64,000 nt of DNA from Paraspadella gotoi (lineage: Eukaryota; Animalia; Chaetognatha). Location of the stretch: positions 310,001 to 374,000 of the forward strand of contig CM119269.1 in assembly GCA_051294375.1 (NCBI GenBank), in the 5' to 3' direction. A program made the translations under genes and the position numbers. Positions 36,880-49,400 of the stretch are shown one piece after another (positions within the stretch are counted from its first letter, which is position 1; each line of letters begins with the position of its first letter). The notes beneath the pieces were generated by a model. It did no database searches. It worked only from the letters and a program-made list of their open reading frames with translations, and was not told the DNA's origin.

Positions 36880-37114
36880 CAATGACATGATGTCACGATC
36901 TAAAGTGATGACATCATGACCGAATGTGATGACGTCATCATATATGTATGAGGTCAAAAGTGATGACGTCGATAACCAAAGGTGATGACGTCAATAACCA
37001 GAAGTGATGAAGTCATAACCGGAAGTTATGACGTCATAACCGGAAGTGATGACGTCATCAGATGACGTCATCAGTTAGGTATTTTTGCGTCTGAACGCCC
37101 ATATTTCCCTCTCT
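36880..37114. mobile_element. Putative Polinton/Maverick terminal inverted repeat (right end)
   Basis: Array of TGACGTCA and CCGGAAGT motifs ending in CTCTCT at 37109-37114 (Polinton ends commonly read AGAGAG...CTCTCT); composition changes abruptly afterwards; partner TIR not in window. Confidence 0.65.
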
Positions 37115-37580
37115 GATAACGCATAAACAATGACGATGACAATGACAATGTCAAGGCCAACAACAATAACCGATAATAAAACCGCAATGACGAGTAGTCA
37201 CGAACAAACAATGGCAATGACAATGACAGAACCAACTATGATGAAAATGACAGAGCCAAATCTAACAACCACGACTAGTTACAAACAAACAATGACAAAG
37301 GGAGAGACGAATCGAACATTACCAACTAATAGTATAATAACGACACAAAAATTAATGAAAACTGAAGGAAAATCTAACGCGACTCGACAAACGACCAAAC
37401 CAACAAATCAAATGATGACAAAGGGAGCAAAATCGGAAGCACAAACGGGAAATGAATGTGAAAAGTGAGATTATATCATTTCATTTTTTTTTAAATGCTG
37501 ATATGATCTAATATCATCAATTTGTATTGTAACCATGCAAAATGATTACGATCTCACAATCATCAAGATTATGCTAGCCA

Positions 37581-37817
37581 TTATTTTGTGACGATGAACA
37601 AAGATCCGTTCATATCTAGGAACTCGCTGCAAGGAGGGAGATCGAACAGAATGGTATTGCTGTTCGCGATGTCCAGCGAATTGGTTGGAGAAACTACGTC
37701 GTAACGGACGCTCTCGATGCCAATGGCCTCGTTGACGCCTTCGAAGACGTTCAAGGCGCTCTCCACACAAGGCTCGCCTCTCTTAATGCCGCCCACGCGA
37801 AAAAGCTTTTGTTCCAT
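37581..37817 (-). pseudogene. Polinton major capsid protein (PY) N-terminal fragment
   Basis: PCVESALNVF...IESVRYDVVSPTNSL...ILFDLPPCSEFLDMNGSLFIV parallels the PY start (C.KSELDLF...IE....EYHPISSL...IEF.I.G....YIDL..T.LYV); truncated after 78 aa. Confidence 0.75.
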
Positions 37818-37850
37818 CTTTTTTGTTAATAAAATATTTTTAATCGAGGA

Positions 37851-38125
37851 TTAATCTTTTTACGTTTTTTTCTTCCTCTTCCTTTGCCTTTCCCCTTTTG
37901 AAATAGCGTCTTGCCTTTTATATATTTTTTTTTTTATTGACGGGCCTCTTCCCAACAGCGTCGATCGCGTTACCAAAGACTTTGACTGCGCCCTTGGTCA
38001 GATTATCCTTGACCACTCCCTTGGCGCGATCCACTCCCCTCTTTATGGATTTCTTGGGCGACTGTCCAGTGGTCAAGTTGGTCAAGGCGGAAATGCCGGA
38101 AGAAACAGCTTCCTTGGCTTAGGCG
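37851..38125 (-). pseudogene. Small basic Gly/Lys-rich protein upstream of the capsid gene (PW/core-protein-like), fragment
   Basis: AKEAVSSGISALTNLTTGQSPKKSIKRGVDRAKG...KKGKGKGRGRKKRKKD; position and composition fit the small ORF preceding the MCP in Mavericks. Confidence 0.45.
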
Positions 38126-38818
38126 TCGTCGGTTCGTTTCAAAGTTTTTTCCACTGTTAGTAATATTTTAATTAGCCTCCAATTTAGTAATTATCTTTCA
38201 TTCAAATTTTGTCTCTCTAAATTTTCTTAGTTTCAAAGTTTAATATTTTGTAGATTCTCAGAGCTCGGCTCCTATTTTGTAAACATTTAGTGGATTAGAT
38301 AAATAAAGAAAGAGAGACGGGAAGGAGGCAGAGAATTAAGTACATTCCATTTTTAGATCTCAAGGGAGTAAGAAGCAATATTTTATCATGGTTTAAATTA
38401 CATATTACATCTGGGGCAAATCTACAATTATTTCAGGTAACTTCGAAAACTAATTAGATAGACTGCTTAGTTTTAGAAATAAATAAGGAAAATATGAGAG
38501 TGAAAGAAAAGTGCCAAAAAAAATAAAAGAGACAAAAGACACAAAGAAAAAATTTAAAGCCTTTTTTATTTTTTTGTTATTTTAAGATCTTTACCGGGAA
38601 AAATTTTTGTCATTGTCGTTGTTGTTGTTAATGCACTTATCGATTAAATGGTAAAAAGATTTTTGATTGATAAGGATTGTTCACAATTTGCCGGGTCTAA
38701 CACCTCCCCCTAAGACCCCTAGCGCCCACTCTCATTTCATCCAGGTATAAAATAAATCAATTTTTACGGACCTCTACTTTCGCGCGCCACAGAAAAAACT
38801 TTTTTTTTACCTTTTAAA

Positions 38819-39368
38819 ATGAACGGTGATTATGTTTGCATTTGTAACGTCTGCCATTTAGATTTTAATAAGACTAATAGACGTTGCATCGGATGCGTCC
38901 AAGGTTTGAGTTAATTGATAAATATATAAAATGATTTTTTTGAATAAATTTAAATTATATTCCTGTTTGCAGGAAATTTATATTGTAAGGAGTGCATTGA
39001 TAATTTACAGATTTATTCAACGGACCCATATCTCTTATGTCCACTTTGTAAAACGCCTTTTAAAAAGGTGTGTAAAAACTGCGGTAGTTTTGTGTATCAA
39101 CTACACGTTTATAATCACGAAGTCGAGGACTGCTCAGAGTATATCGCGCAGTTAAAAAAAGAGAATAAAGATTTGAGGTAATTAAAAAAAATTATTATAT
39201 AATTGATAGGTTAAATATTTTTTGTTATATTTTTTTAAAATTAAAACTTTAAGAGAAAAATTGGAAAAGATTCTTCATCGACAAAAAGAAAAAAGAGACA
39301 ATCGTTTGAAAAACGCTATCGCCGCTACTGCCGAGAAAAAAAAGGAAAATGGCAACTCAAAATTCTAA
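38819..39368 (+). CDS. RING-finger plus Zn-finger/coiled-coil protein; exons 38819-38903, 38973-39177, 39254-39368
   Basis: Spliced: CNVC...CIGCVQ|GNLYCKEC...CPLCK, then CKNC..H...H....C and a K/E coiled coil; GT-AG phases consistent; TATAAA at ~38747. Confidence 0.7.
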
Positions 39369-40489
39369 CAAAAGGTGAGAAAAAAGTTATATGAAAATGT
39401 TATGGTTAAAACTTTAAAATATCTTTTGTTGTTTTATTTTTATTTATTTATTTATTTATTAATATTAAAAAATAGCGATGAATATTATTAAAATATTTTA
39501 AAAAAAAAAGACGGGCTGAAGACTTGGAGGAAGACGAGTTCGAAATCGTTCAAATGGGTTCGTCTTCTCAATCTGTTGGAGGTCAACAACAACAACAACA
39601 GCAGCAGCATCAGCTTCGTCAGAGAGGTCAAATCACATCGTTAATGAAGTAAGATGGGATTTAAGGGTTTTTTTTTTTAAATATGCAAATAAGATGGGTT
39701 TTTATGTCTTTTAAAAAAAAACAGGTATGACAATGCATCCGTTGGGGAAACGAGTGATGATTTCTCACAAGCGCGAGGAATCAGGTATAATTTAAAAATG
39801 ATACTGATTAAAATTAGTTATACGATAAGATAAGCTTTTTTTGTTTTTTGAATTTTTAGCTCGGTGATAAAACCATTATCACAATATTGCTTTGTCCATT
39901 ACAAAAAAACCGAGGGATATTTCAAAGTTACCAAGGAACGTTTTGTGGGGGCTGGTTCGTCTGAGCCCGTGCAAAAAGCTTCTGGTCCGCTTAAGCTTTT
40001 GTTCTCTCACGAAGAAGCGCGCAAACTCGTTGAGATGTGGGACGAGGGGGACTTAAAGTCAAATTTTGAAAAAAAACAATCTTTGACCCTATCAGTAGAT
40101 TCGCTTGCAGGAATTAAAATTCCAATTTCTGAGCATTTGGCTTACGCAATTAGCGTTTTTCGTCCCCATACCTCGGCGGTTGCCAAGGCGACGATCCAAC
40201 TAAAACCTTATATTTACGAGGCTCATAGTAGCACATTGTTTTTTTGTTCTCCGGTCTGCTATGGATTATCCCTGACTGTTACGAAATAACTATCTTTAAT
40301 ATCGGCGCCGATAAAGCCCCCTCACTCTTGCAAAACCGCGAGAGCGGTGGCGCAGGTGGCGAGGGCGGTGGAATCGGCAGTGGTGGCTGTGGAGACGACG
40401 CGGAAGACGGCGGTGGCTTTGGAAGTCGCGGCGCGAAATCGCCGCACTTCCATCGCCAATACAACGACAACTACGATGACAAACGATGA
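39349..40489 (+). CDS. Hypothetical 4-exon protein, possibly PC4-like ssDNA-binding, with poly-Gln and a Gly-rich tail
   Basis: MATQNSNK|RAEDLEEDEF..QQQQ..|YDNASV..|SVIKPLSQ...AISVFRP...IQLKPY...GLSLTV; probable frameshift near 40285 into a Gly-rich C-terminus. PC4 resemblance is by eye only. Confidence 0.45.
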
Positions 40490-40756
40490 CGATTTTAATA
40501 TCGATAGACTCTTTTGGGGGTGGGATGAGTGGTTTTAAGATGTTTGGTAAGAGTAAAAATTGGGTAAGGGGGAATATTTAATTTAAGTATTTTTTGTTTT
40601 ATTAATTATAAAAAGGGGATTTTTAGTTTTTTTTTTAATTTAATGAAATCATGTACAAAAAATGTAAAAACAAAAACTGTAAAAATTTGTTAATGCTTAA
40701 TAGTTTATCATCAATCCGCTGTGATATCTTTTTAAATTTTGTTTCATATTAAGTCA

Positions 40757-42335
40757 TGGAAATGTCCAAGGCAAACAAACTTAAAGTTGATAATGTTATC
40801 ACACTTTTGCCTGGATTAACCATTTCCTTTTACAAAGATGCAGTCATTAAAGCAAGTACATCAAAAAAGACAAAACATTGAAAGTCATTAAGTGTTTCAC
40901 ATGGACGGTCGAAAATCTGAAGGCGAACATCGAAAAATTAAGATCCTTAAAAGATTTTCTCCTCAACCCGATTCGGTCAACTTCCAAAAATTTGAGTGCG
41001 AATTACGGGAGGGATTGACAGCTACGTTGTGGGTCAAAGACAATGCTAAAGATTTTGATAGTTTATTTCTTGGAGGATTATGCCATGAACATTCTAGTGT
41101 GCATTTCGTTGTTAAAAGTTTTGATAATATCAACATTTTTCTTCATTTTTTTCTTGATCGTTATAATGAAATTCTCGAACTTTATGAATTTAAATAATTG
41201 TAAAATTTATATTTAATAGATGAATATTGATTGGAAATCCTTTGGCGAGGAAGGATGTCGCAACCATGTCCCAGACATGGTTTGTACATCGATTCCTCAT
41301 CAGGTGAAGATTTTCAATCTTACCTGGTGAGGGAAGAAAATTTGAACTAAAAATTTTTAAAATCACCGATGATGCCGCGGTCCCAATGGAGCCTGTTTAG
41401 AGCAAGCTTCTTCAAGTCGAAACCCGCAAACAACGGCAACACCAAGAACGCAGAAAATCTTCTGCTCTATGTGGAAGGTCTCATTCAGATGTAAGAACGT
41501 TTCTTATAAAAATGATTTTTAAATTTCAAAATTTAAACTTTCTTTTAAATTTTTTTAACAGACTTAACGAGACGGATTATTCAACCTCCAATGTGGATAA
41601 ACCGAGACATCTATTCCACATTGGAGAAGACCCAGAACAACGGGAACCCAAGAAGATTAGAGTGAGAGAGGGAGTATATGAACTGAAAAAAGTGTTGATA
41701 GAAAATGAGGAAGAGATAGAGGAGATGGGAGAAGAGTACAATGGAATTGGTGATGGTGTTTTTGCAATGTCTGATATTCCCCCCCTAATGTTTGATATAA
41801 CATATGTAAAAATGTAAACAGAAATCTTTGTAAACAATTGTCAAATTTAATTTGTTAAATTTTAATTAAAATGATTTTTATTTTTGTTTATTTCATTAAA
41901 TGATTCTATTAAGTTTAAAATGGATATTGAAAAAGGAAAAAAGCATGCGAGATTTGCGAAGACGTTTATTTCATAGCAATGAATAACAACGTCAAATTTG
42001 TGCAAATTCATGAAAGAGAACCCATCTTTGCTAAATGCTCAATCCAAATCCCGTTCAAAGAACTAAAACATTTAGTAAAAAAAGGGCCGATAGATAAACT
42101 ATACGAGTTCTTTTGCGACCCCGATAACTACGATTGCACAAGCTTCGAAGCAGAAGACACTTTCATCTACGAAGGGAAATACTTTAAAATCAAACTTACC
42201 ATGGACCTCTTTTCCGAAGACGAAACCGTGTTAGTCATCGAACCATACGGATATTATCTACCAGATGAATTAATGGATGAAACCAACATGGCGGTCATCG
42301 AAAAAAAACTCTTTTATTCGTATCGAAGGACTTGA
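40757..42335 (+). pseudogene. Three tightly packed, partly decayed hypothetical genes
   Basis: ORF remnants 40757-41197, ~41220-41817 (with a ~70-nt intron) and ~41920-42335; same strand, short spacers. Confidence 0.35.
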
Positions 42336-43810
42336 CAAAGTTGAAAGATTTCTTGATTTTTTGATTTATAACTATTNNNNNNNNNNNNNNNNNNNNNNNN
42401 NNNNNNNNNNNNNNNNNNNNNNNNNNNNNNNNNNNNNNNNNNNNNNNNNNNNNNNNNNNNNNNNNNNNNNNNNNNNNNNNNNNNNNNNNNNNNNNNNNNN
42501 NNNNNNNNNNNNNNNNNNNNNNNNNNNNNNNNNNNNNNNNNNNNNNNNNNNNNNNNNNNNNNNNNNNNNNNNNNNNNNNNNNNNNNNNNNNNNNNNNNNN
42601 NNNNNNNNNNNNNNNNNNNNNNNNNNNNNNNNNNNNNNNNNNNNNNNNNNNNNNNNNNNNNNNNNNNNNNNNNNNNNNNNNNNNNNNNNNNNNNNNNNNN
42701 NNNNNNNNNNGTGAAATTGCTGCATTATATCCTTGTTACTGTGAAAATTGCAGAGCCGTTTGCCAATCCTGTTTCCCCAAGAATAAAATTCAAAAATACA
42801 TGTAAATAAACCAACTCTAAAAATCCTTTTAACCCTAAACAAATATAAAAGAAAGAGCCAGAAAAACTAAACAAACAAAAAGTAAGATAAGAGTTAGAGC
42901 AAAGGAAAAATAAAAGAGAGAGAGATAGCGAGAGAAAATCAAAGGAGAGAGACGAGAGAGAAATAAAAAGACAAAGTGTGTTTGAATCGGACCCCGTTTC
43001 TACAGATGTGACTTAACCGGACTAGCGTTTTCAACATCATCCGTTTTTCCCGGCTTTTAGTACTCTCTTTTGTAACATTGCTTTTAATTGGTCGAATGGG
43101 AACAAGTTGCAAAATTTACCCTTGCTTTTGATCCAATTTTCAATTTTTTTTTATATCATTCCTTTGACGATTTCTATTGTTTTAATTTTGTAATGGAAAG
43201 AAATTGGTTTCGAGTTTTTAATTTTACTTCGCTAATGTTACGTTACGCTATTCATTGTATATATTTTAAGGTGTCCTGGACTCGACCAAAAGATTATTAT
43301 TGGCGAAACTAATACTACCCTAGACATACACGGTCGTTTGTAACTTTAATAAAATGAAAGAGGATTCAAGGACTAAAATTCGCCAAATTTTTAATTTTTT
43401 GACCGACGGTCATTATACCTTTAATAAAAAGAAAGGGGATTCAAGAACTCTAATATCTTGCCTCAACTCTACTTTTCCTCATCCTCATCCCCATCCTCTT
43501 TCTCTTTCTCATCCCCATCCTCTTCTCCACCTCGCCACTCCGACCACTATACATTACTGCTACGCTTTCAAATGGTCAAATAGATTAAACTAAAATATAT
43601 GATATTACACACCCGTATATTACTACTCTATATACATTGTAATTACTATACAGATGGTATACTACTTATCACGGATTTGTTATGAAATAACAAATCAATT
43701 AAATTGAGGGCAAAGATAAATTTTTTTCGCAATTGTAACATAATGAATAGATCTTGGGCTAAATAAATAAGCAATTCGTTGAGTAATTGCATATTTTAAT
43801 AAAACAGCTT

Positions 43811-45338
43811 TGTGTAAATTCATTTTTTTTGTTGTATTAGTAGATTTGTTTAGAAAACAAAAGTTTTAATTGCAGGAAACAACGATTATAATACATAGAG
43901 ACATAAATGTTTTGACTCATTGGTTCGAGTCTTCATCAGCTTAATTTTACTACAAACATTGAGTTGGTGAGAGAGAGAGAGGGAAAAGAGAGAGAGAGAC
44001 AGAGAGAGAGTGTGTTCAACAAAGAATTGAGAAAGGACAGTGGTCAGATTTGAAAGACAGCTGAAGGTGAGGACAGGGGAAGAAGAAAGTTTGAAATTGA
44101 TGAAAGGTGAAAAGAGAGAGAGAGAGCTAAAATCAATACATTTGACAATGTACAACAAAGATAAAAGTAATAATTTAGTAAACTTAAAATTTAGCTAATA
44201 ACAGTGAAATTAATAATTTAGCTAATGAAAGGTATAAGTGAAATTAAAATTTAAGAATAAGTTGTGATGGATAGGTAAGATTAGAGTGAAATTAGGTAAG
44301 TAGAGAAAAAGAGCTCATAATGACAGAACTGGTTCTCAAAAGGTATTAAAAATGTAATTTACATCGAGGCCCTCAAGCCCTCTTTGAACCGNNNNNNNNN
44401 NCAAAAGGTATTAAAAAGGTAATTTACATCAAGGCCCTCGTGCCCTCTTTGAACCGTGATGGAGGACGATTCAATCTCCCTTCAAGCAATGATTTGCTTC
44501 TAAAGTTGGTAGTGGAATGCCCAATGATGTCACAACCGCACGATGATTCCCCTGTCTCCACTCAACAGGTCAGAAGGAGGCTTCCCAGCAGACAATAGAC
44601 ATCCGATGCCTCTCCCGAGCCTGCAGCAACTTGGCGCTACACTTCTTGCACCAAGCGTTGCCCAAAACGACGACTGCAGGAGGAGGGGGAGGAGTCTGTA
44701 TCTCCTGCACCAAAGCAGGCAAGAACAGGCAATCACCTGCCTCACCAACAGGTGAGAGGAGGCATTTGGCATGTTCCCAACACGTCTCATTCCACAAAAA
44801 TATCCTCCAAGCCTATGACAGGCCAATAACCTAACCACATCATTAACATCTTTTTTTGTCCAGCCAGGGGGGCCCAGCTCATTTGTTAGCTCTTTTTCTC
44901 TTACTTACCTAATTTCACTTACTCTAATCTTATCTATCTCTCACAACTTATTCTTAAATTTCAAATTCACTTATTCATCTTTTAGTTAATTATTAATTTC
45001 ACTGTTATTAGCTAAATTTTAAGTTTACTATATTATTACCTTTTATCTTTGTTGTACAATTGTCAATGTATTGATTTTAGCTCTCTCCTTTTCTCTTCTC
45101 TACCTACTCAATGTTTGTAGTAAAAATTTAGCTAAAAAATCATTGTGTTAAGCCTTTCTTTTTTGTTGTTTGTTGACGCGAAACATGTCCTAATACAAGT
45201 CTGAATTAAATTGTTGTTTAACAAAAATTTTTGTCTTACTTAAAAGCAAAAAAATCAAAACCAATGAGTCGAAACATGTATGTCTCTATGTATTATAATC
45301 GTTGTTTCCTGCAATTAAAACCTTTCGTTTTCTAAACA
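43811..45338 (+). mobile_element. Penelope-like element, heavily 5'-truncated, with inverted 5' pLTR
   Basis: 43845-44316 is the inverse of ~44885-45340; between them NWFSKGIKKVIYIKALVPSLNRDGGRFNLP (GIY-YIG C-terminus); 13-bp direct repeat AATAAAACAGCTT at 43798-43810 and 45339-45351. Confidence 0.88.
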
Positions 45339-46054
45339 AATAAAACAGCTTCTAAAAGTTTTTTTTTTTTAGGAAATAAATTCTAATATTTACAGAGAGC
45401 GAGAAATCTATTTAAATTTTAAATCACGAGTTTACAAACTAATTTTTTTATTATATTTTTTTTGGTTTTGCGTTGTAAGTGATGATAAAACCCACAACTT
45501 ACAACACCTCTGTGACAGTATCAACACATATGGAATTAAAAGTTCGTCCCATTCGTCGATCATTGATTGCACCAATGAGTGGAAATGAATCGGACATAAT
45601 TTTATAAAATGGCCCAAAGATCGAATAATCGTAGAAAACAGCGAGTGATCAATGATTTTAAATCACTGTTGTTTTACTTTTGTTTTATTTTAATAATCAT
45701 TAATGATAACTCAGGATGTTAGATGTTGTAACTGGCCAAACTTTTTTGCTGTCAACACGTAATATAAGTTACACTATAATTACCATCAATCATAAGTGGC
45801 ATTTTCGTCAATGCTTATCACTGATGGTATTTTGGTCAATGCGTATCACAGATGGCATTTTCTTCAATGCGTATCACAGATGGCGCGTCTCAAAATGTCA
45901 CGAACATAATGGAAATTATTACTTTGTCCATGAATTTTTTTTTCCAAAATTTTTATTTCGTCTGAAGTAAAACTTTTTCCGGAATAAAGAAGAAAATTGA
46001 TGATCGACTGAAAGAAAAAAAATAATGACAAATTATATTCGAAGGAAATGGACC

Positions 46055-46155
46055 GATTGATTGATCGGTTGATTGATCGATTGATTGATTGATTGATCGA
46101 TTGATTGATTGATTGATTGATCGATTGATTGATTGATCGATTGATTGATCGATCA
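46055..46155. repeat. (GATT/GATC)n microsatellite
   Basis: Tandem tetramers visible. Confidence 0.85.
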
Positions 46156-46422
46156 TGCAGTTTTCCTCTCTTGGCAGAGGAGACTATTTTCTTTGTACCA
46201 TTAGATACTTGTTTCAGACAACATAAATTATCATTATCTCCGCGTGTATCTCAAACTACACAAACCACGCCTACTTTTTAACAATATTTATTTGTTGGTT
46301 AAGTTGTGGAATTCCTCTATTATTGTAATTTTGCAAAGGCGGATATAAGACTAAATAAATTTAGTCCAGATGTTTAATGCGCAAACGTTCAATAACAGAG
46401 AAAAGAGAGCCAAATAACTAAC

Positions 46423-49400
46423 CTTAATCATGTTCGCTTGACTTTGATATTCCTCATCTTCTCTTGGAAGAGACGAGACGCCGTCAATCAGCGCCGATTT
46501 CGCGGCGTCGACGAGGCCACGCCCATTTGGCATCGAGTTGGTAAGGATGACATCAACGATGGCAAAATCGAATCTCGAGATGGCAATTTGGAGAGCGTTT
46601 TGTCCAAAGGCGTTAGGCCTGATATTTGGGGTGGAGGGAAAATTATGACAACATAAGTGACAATATTTAAAAAAAAATTATAATAAATTGAATTGAATAA
46701 CTATATAAGACACAATGAAAAATAACGTGGCGTTTACCTGGTCTCGTGCTGATTTTGTCCTTTAAAATTATTTCTGAGCCAAATTAATTGATTATTACTT
46801 TTGGTATATGTGCGATATACACTACTGGACATTACTGTGTCTGACCATAACCCTTGACCATCAACAAAAAAGCTAACTAGATCAAAAATAGTAAAAAAAG
46901 ATGAAGCAATATAGCTCGAAACGCTTACAAAATTTTAGACCATTGCTTTTATAAATGCAAAAAAAAATTAATATTATTAAAACAAAACTTTAACAATAAC
47001 TTAATAGTTAACCGAGACCAAGATGAATATATTTTACCCATCATTTCCTCAATTTATATGAATCATATGTTTGTAATTAGTCAATTAATCTAAATAACAA
47101 TATGACAAATTCATTTTCAATTTTTTTTATGAATGGAAAGTTTTCTTTGCTTACTCCCCTTGTGTCTAATTATCTAATATTTTAGAGGTATTTCCAAAAA
47201 CCTTATATAATTACTATATTTTTTCACTTTTTTTCAATTCTTTCAAACAAAAACAACATCAATAAAAACATTTTAAATTAATAAAAAAAATTGATTGAAT
47301 GATTTTGGAAAAAAATATTTTGAAACTTGAGAATAATGGATTTCGAGATAGGAAAAAAAATTTGCAATTCTAAAAAAATTAGCCTTTAGCCTTTCAATTT
47401 TTTTAGAGGCTGATTTTTTTATTTTTTTGATATTTTGATTTTCTATGCAAACCATTATTCTCAATGAGCATAGGTCAGAGGAAATTTTTTTCCAACAATT
47501 TGAAAAATTTCAACTTTTTAATTAGGCTTTTTTTGGGGAAATAAATAAATCAATTATTATACGATAGGTACATCTGAAAGTGATATGTCTCTAAATGACA
47601 AAAAAAATTTCTTCAAGTTTTATTTTAAAATTTAAGTATTGTATCAATAGAAAAAAGTGAGATACTCCGCTTTGCCAAAATTTTTATTTAACAAAGATTT
47701 GTACTGCGTAATTTGAAAAAAGTTATTTTTTTAAATAACTTTTTAAAAAAAAGACTAGCAAGATGGGTGTGGTATCAAATTAAGCCCTAATTATGGGACA
47801 CCTTTCTAAAAAAGTTTTATTAAATTAAATCCATAAATATTTACACAGCTTTTGTTTAAATCAGAGTTAAAAGTATAACAGTATTTGTGTTTAAAAATTT
47901 CAATGAAGGCATATGAATTTTTTTATTTTTTTTTTGTAATTTGAAAAAGGAAAGACTGAATTACATTTTGATTATTATTAAATTTCTTTATTCCATAAAA
48001 CTGCTTCTATTTTTAAGTTAAAGTAAAAAACAAGCAAAAATTTATGTTTTAGCTTGATAAAAATGTCTTTTTAAATATCAAAAATGATAAATACAAAAAT
48101 GTTTTCAGCTTGATATAAACAGTCTGGACATCTACCTTTTTGTCTGTGAAAAAATATGGAATTTTTCATTATCTTTAACTGCAAACTAAAAGCTTGACAC
48201 ACTGCTTGTTATATTAATAAAGTTTTAAAAAATTATATAACTGGCAATATATTTGACAAAGCAAGACATCATTGTGTGTGATAATTTTTTTTTTAAATAT
48301 AGCAAGGAATTTAATTCTATTATTTATCATCCATTTTAATTAAGAAAAAATATTTCTCATAATAGCCCATTAGAAAGGGTTCATTGACTGACTTAATGAT
48401 TGGATTTTTGAGATATCTTTACTGCCCCCATTTCACAAGATATAAAAGGTCATGGTTATCAGTCAGTAAGTCCAGATTATCTGTACCCTTTATACAACCT
48501 GCATTCTGAATTTTCTTTTTTCCCTTTCAAATGTATTAAATAAAAAAAATTATTTGAGAGAACAATCGGCGTGGAGGATGCCATTGGTAAACCTTAGTTA
48601 CCCCACTTCCCGATCGAATTTTTAAATGAGGTTTTTTTTCCATCTATTTGAGACATAACACTAACTATTGGTACTATTATTTTTTTTTATTTTTTTCTAT
48701 TACAATTCTAGGAATAAATATGAATAAGTAATTTTTTTTAAAAATTTATCATCTTTCACCCTATATTTCGGTCATATCTAAAAAAAAAAAAGATTTTGCA
48801 TTGATATTTTGGATATCGACATAAGAAACTATAACGTTTCAAAAAATAAAAAGAAATATAATAATATTGAACAGTGAATTTTTTTTATGCCACGGAACAG
48901 TAACGTTACGCCATTTTTCATTGTGTCATAAACAACAATCGGAACGAATTAGTGTTCGGTACAGATCTGACTTGTGTTTCTAACAAGTAAATATGACGTC
49001 CCGTCAATATATAAGTTTATAACTGGCAATTCCCACCTATTTAACACTGGCCGCATCGTGAAAAGAAACAATGCTTGCTTTCAAGCTACCCTGTGGTGAT
49101 CAAGCATAGAATATAAATTGGTCATATTTTCTAAAATTGCAAAATTTCAACTTAAATTGAAGATTTAAGTTATTTTTGAAATTTATAAATGAGGTTAGGA
49201 GTTTTTGTTAGGTCTTTGGTTAAAGATTAGGTTGGAAATAGGCTCAGTGATTTAATAAAATATTGCGATGTATTCCTTTCTTTTAGTTGTGTTAATATAA
49301 TTAGAAAGGTTTGAAATTGAAATTTTGAATCATGTCCGTTTTTATTTAAATAAAAATCGTTGTTAAACTCAATTTTAAACTTTTCTAATAAAATATTAAA

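Noticed and set aside
37130-37468. Thr/Met-rich ORF outside the TIR
   Set aside because: Low-complexity ATGACA-type repeats; no coding evidence.
44336-44455. 55-bp direct repeat around an N run
   Set aside because: Likely unmerged contig overlap.
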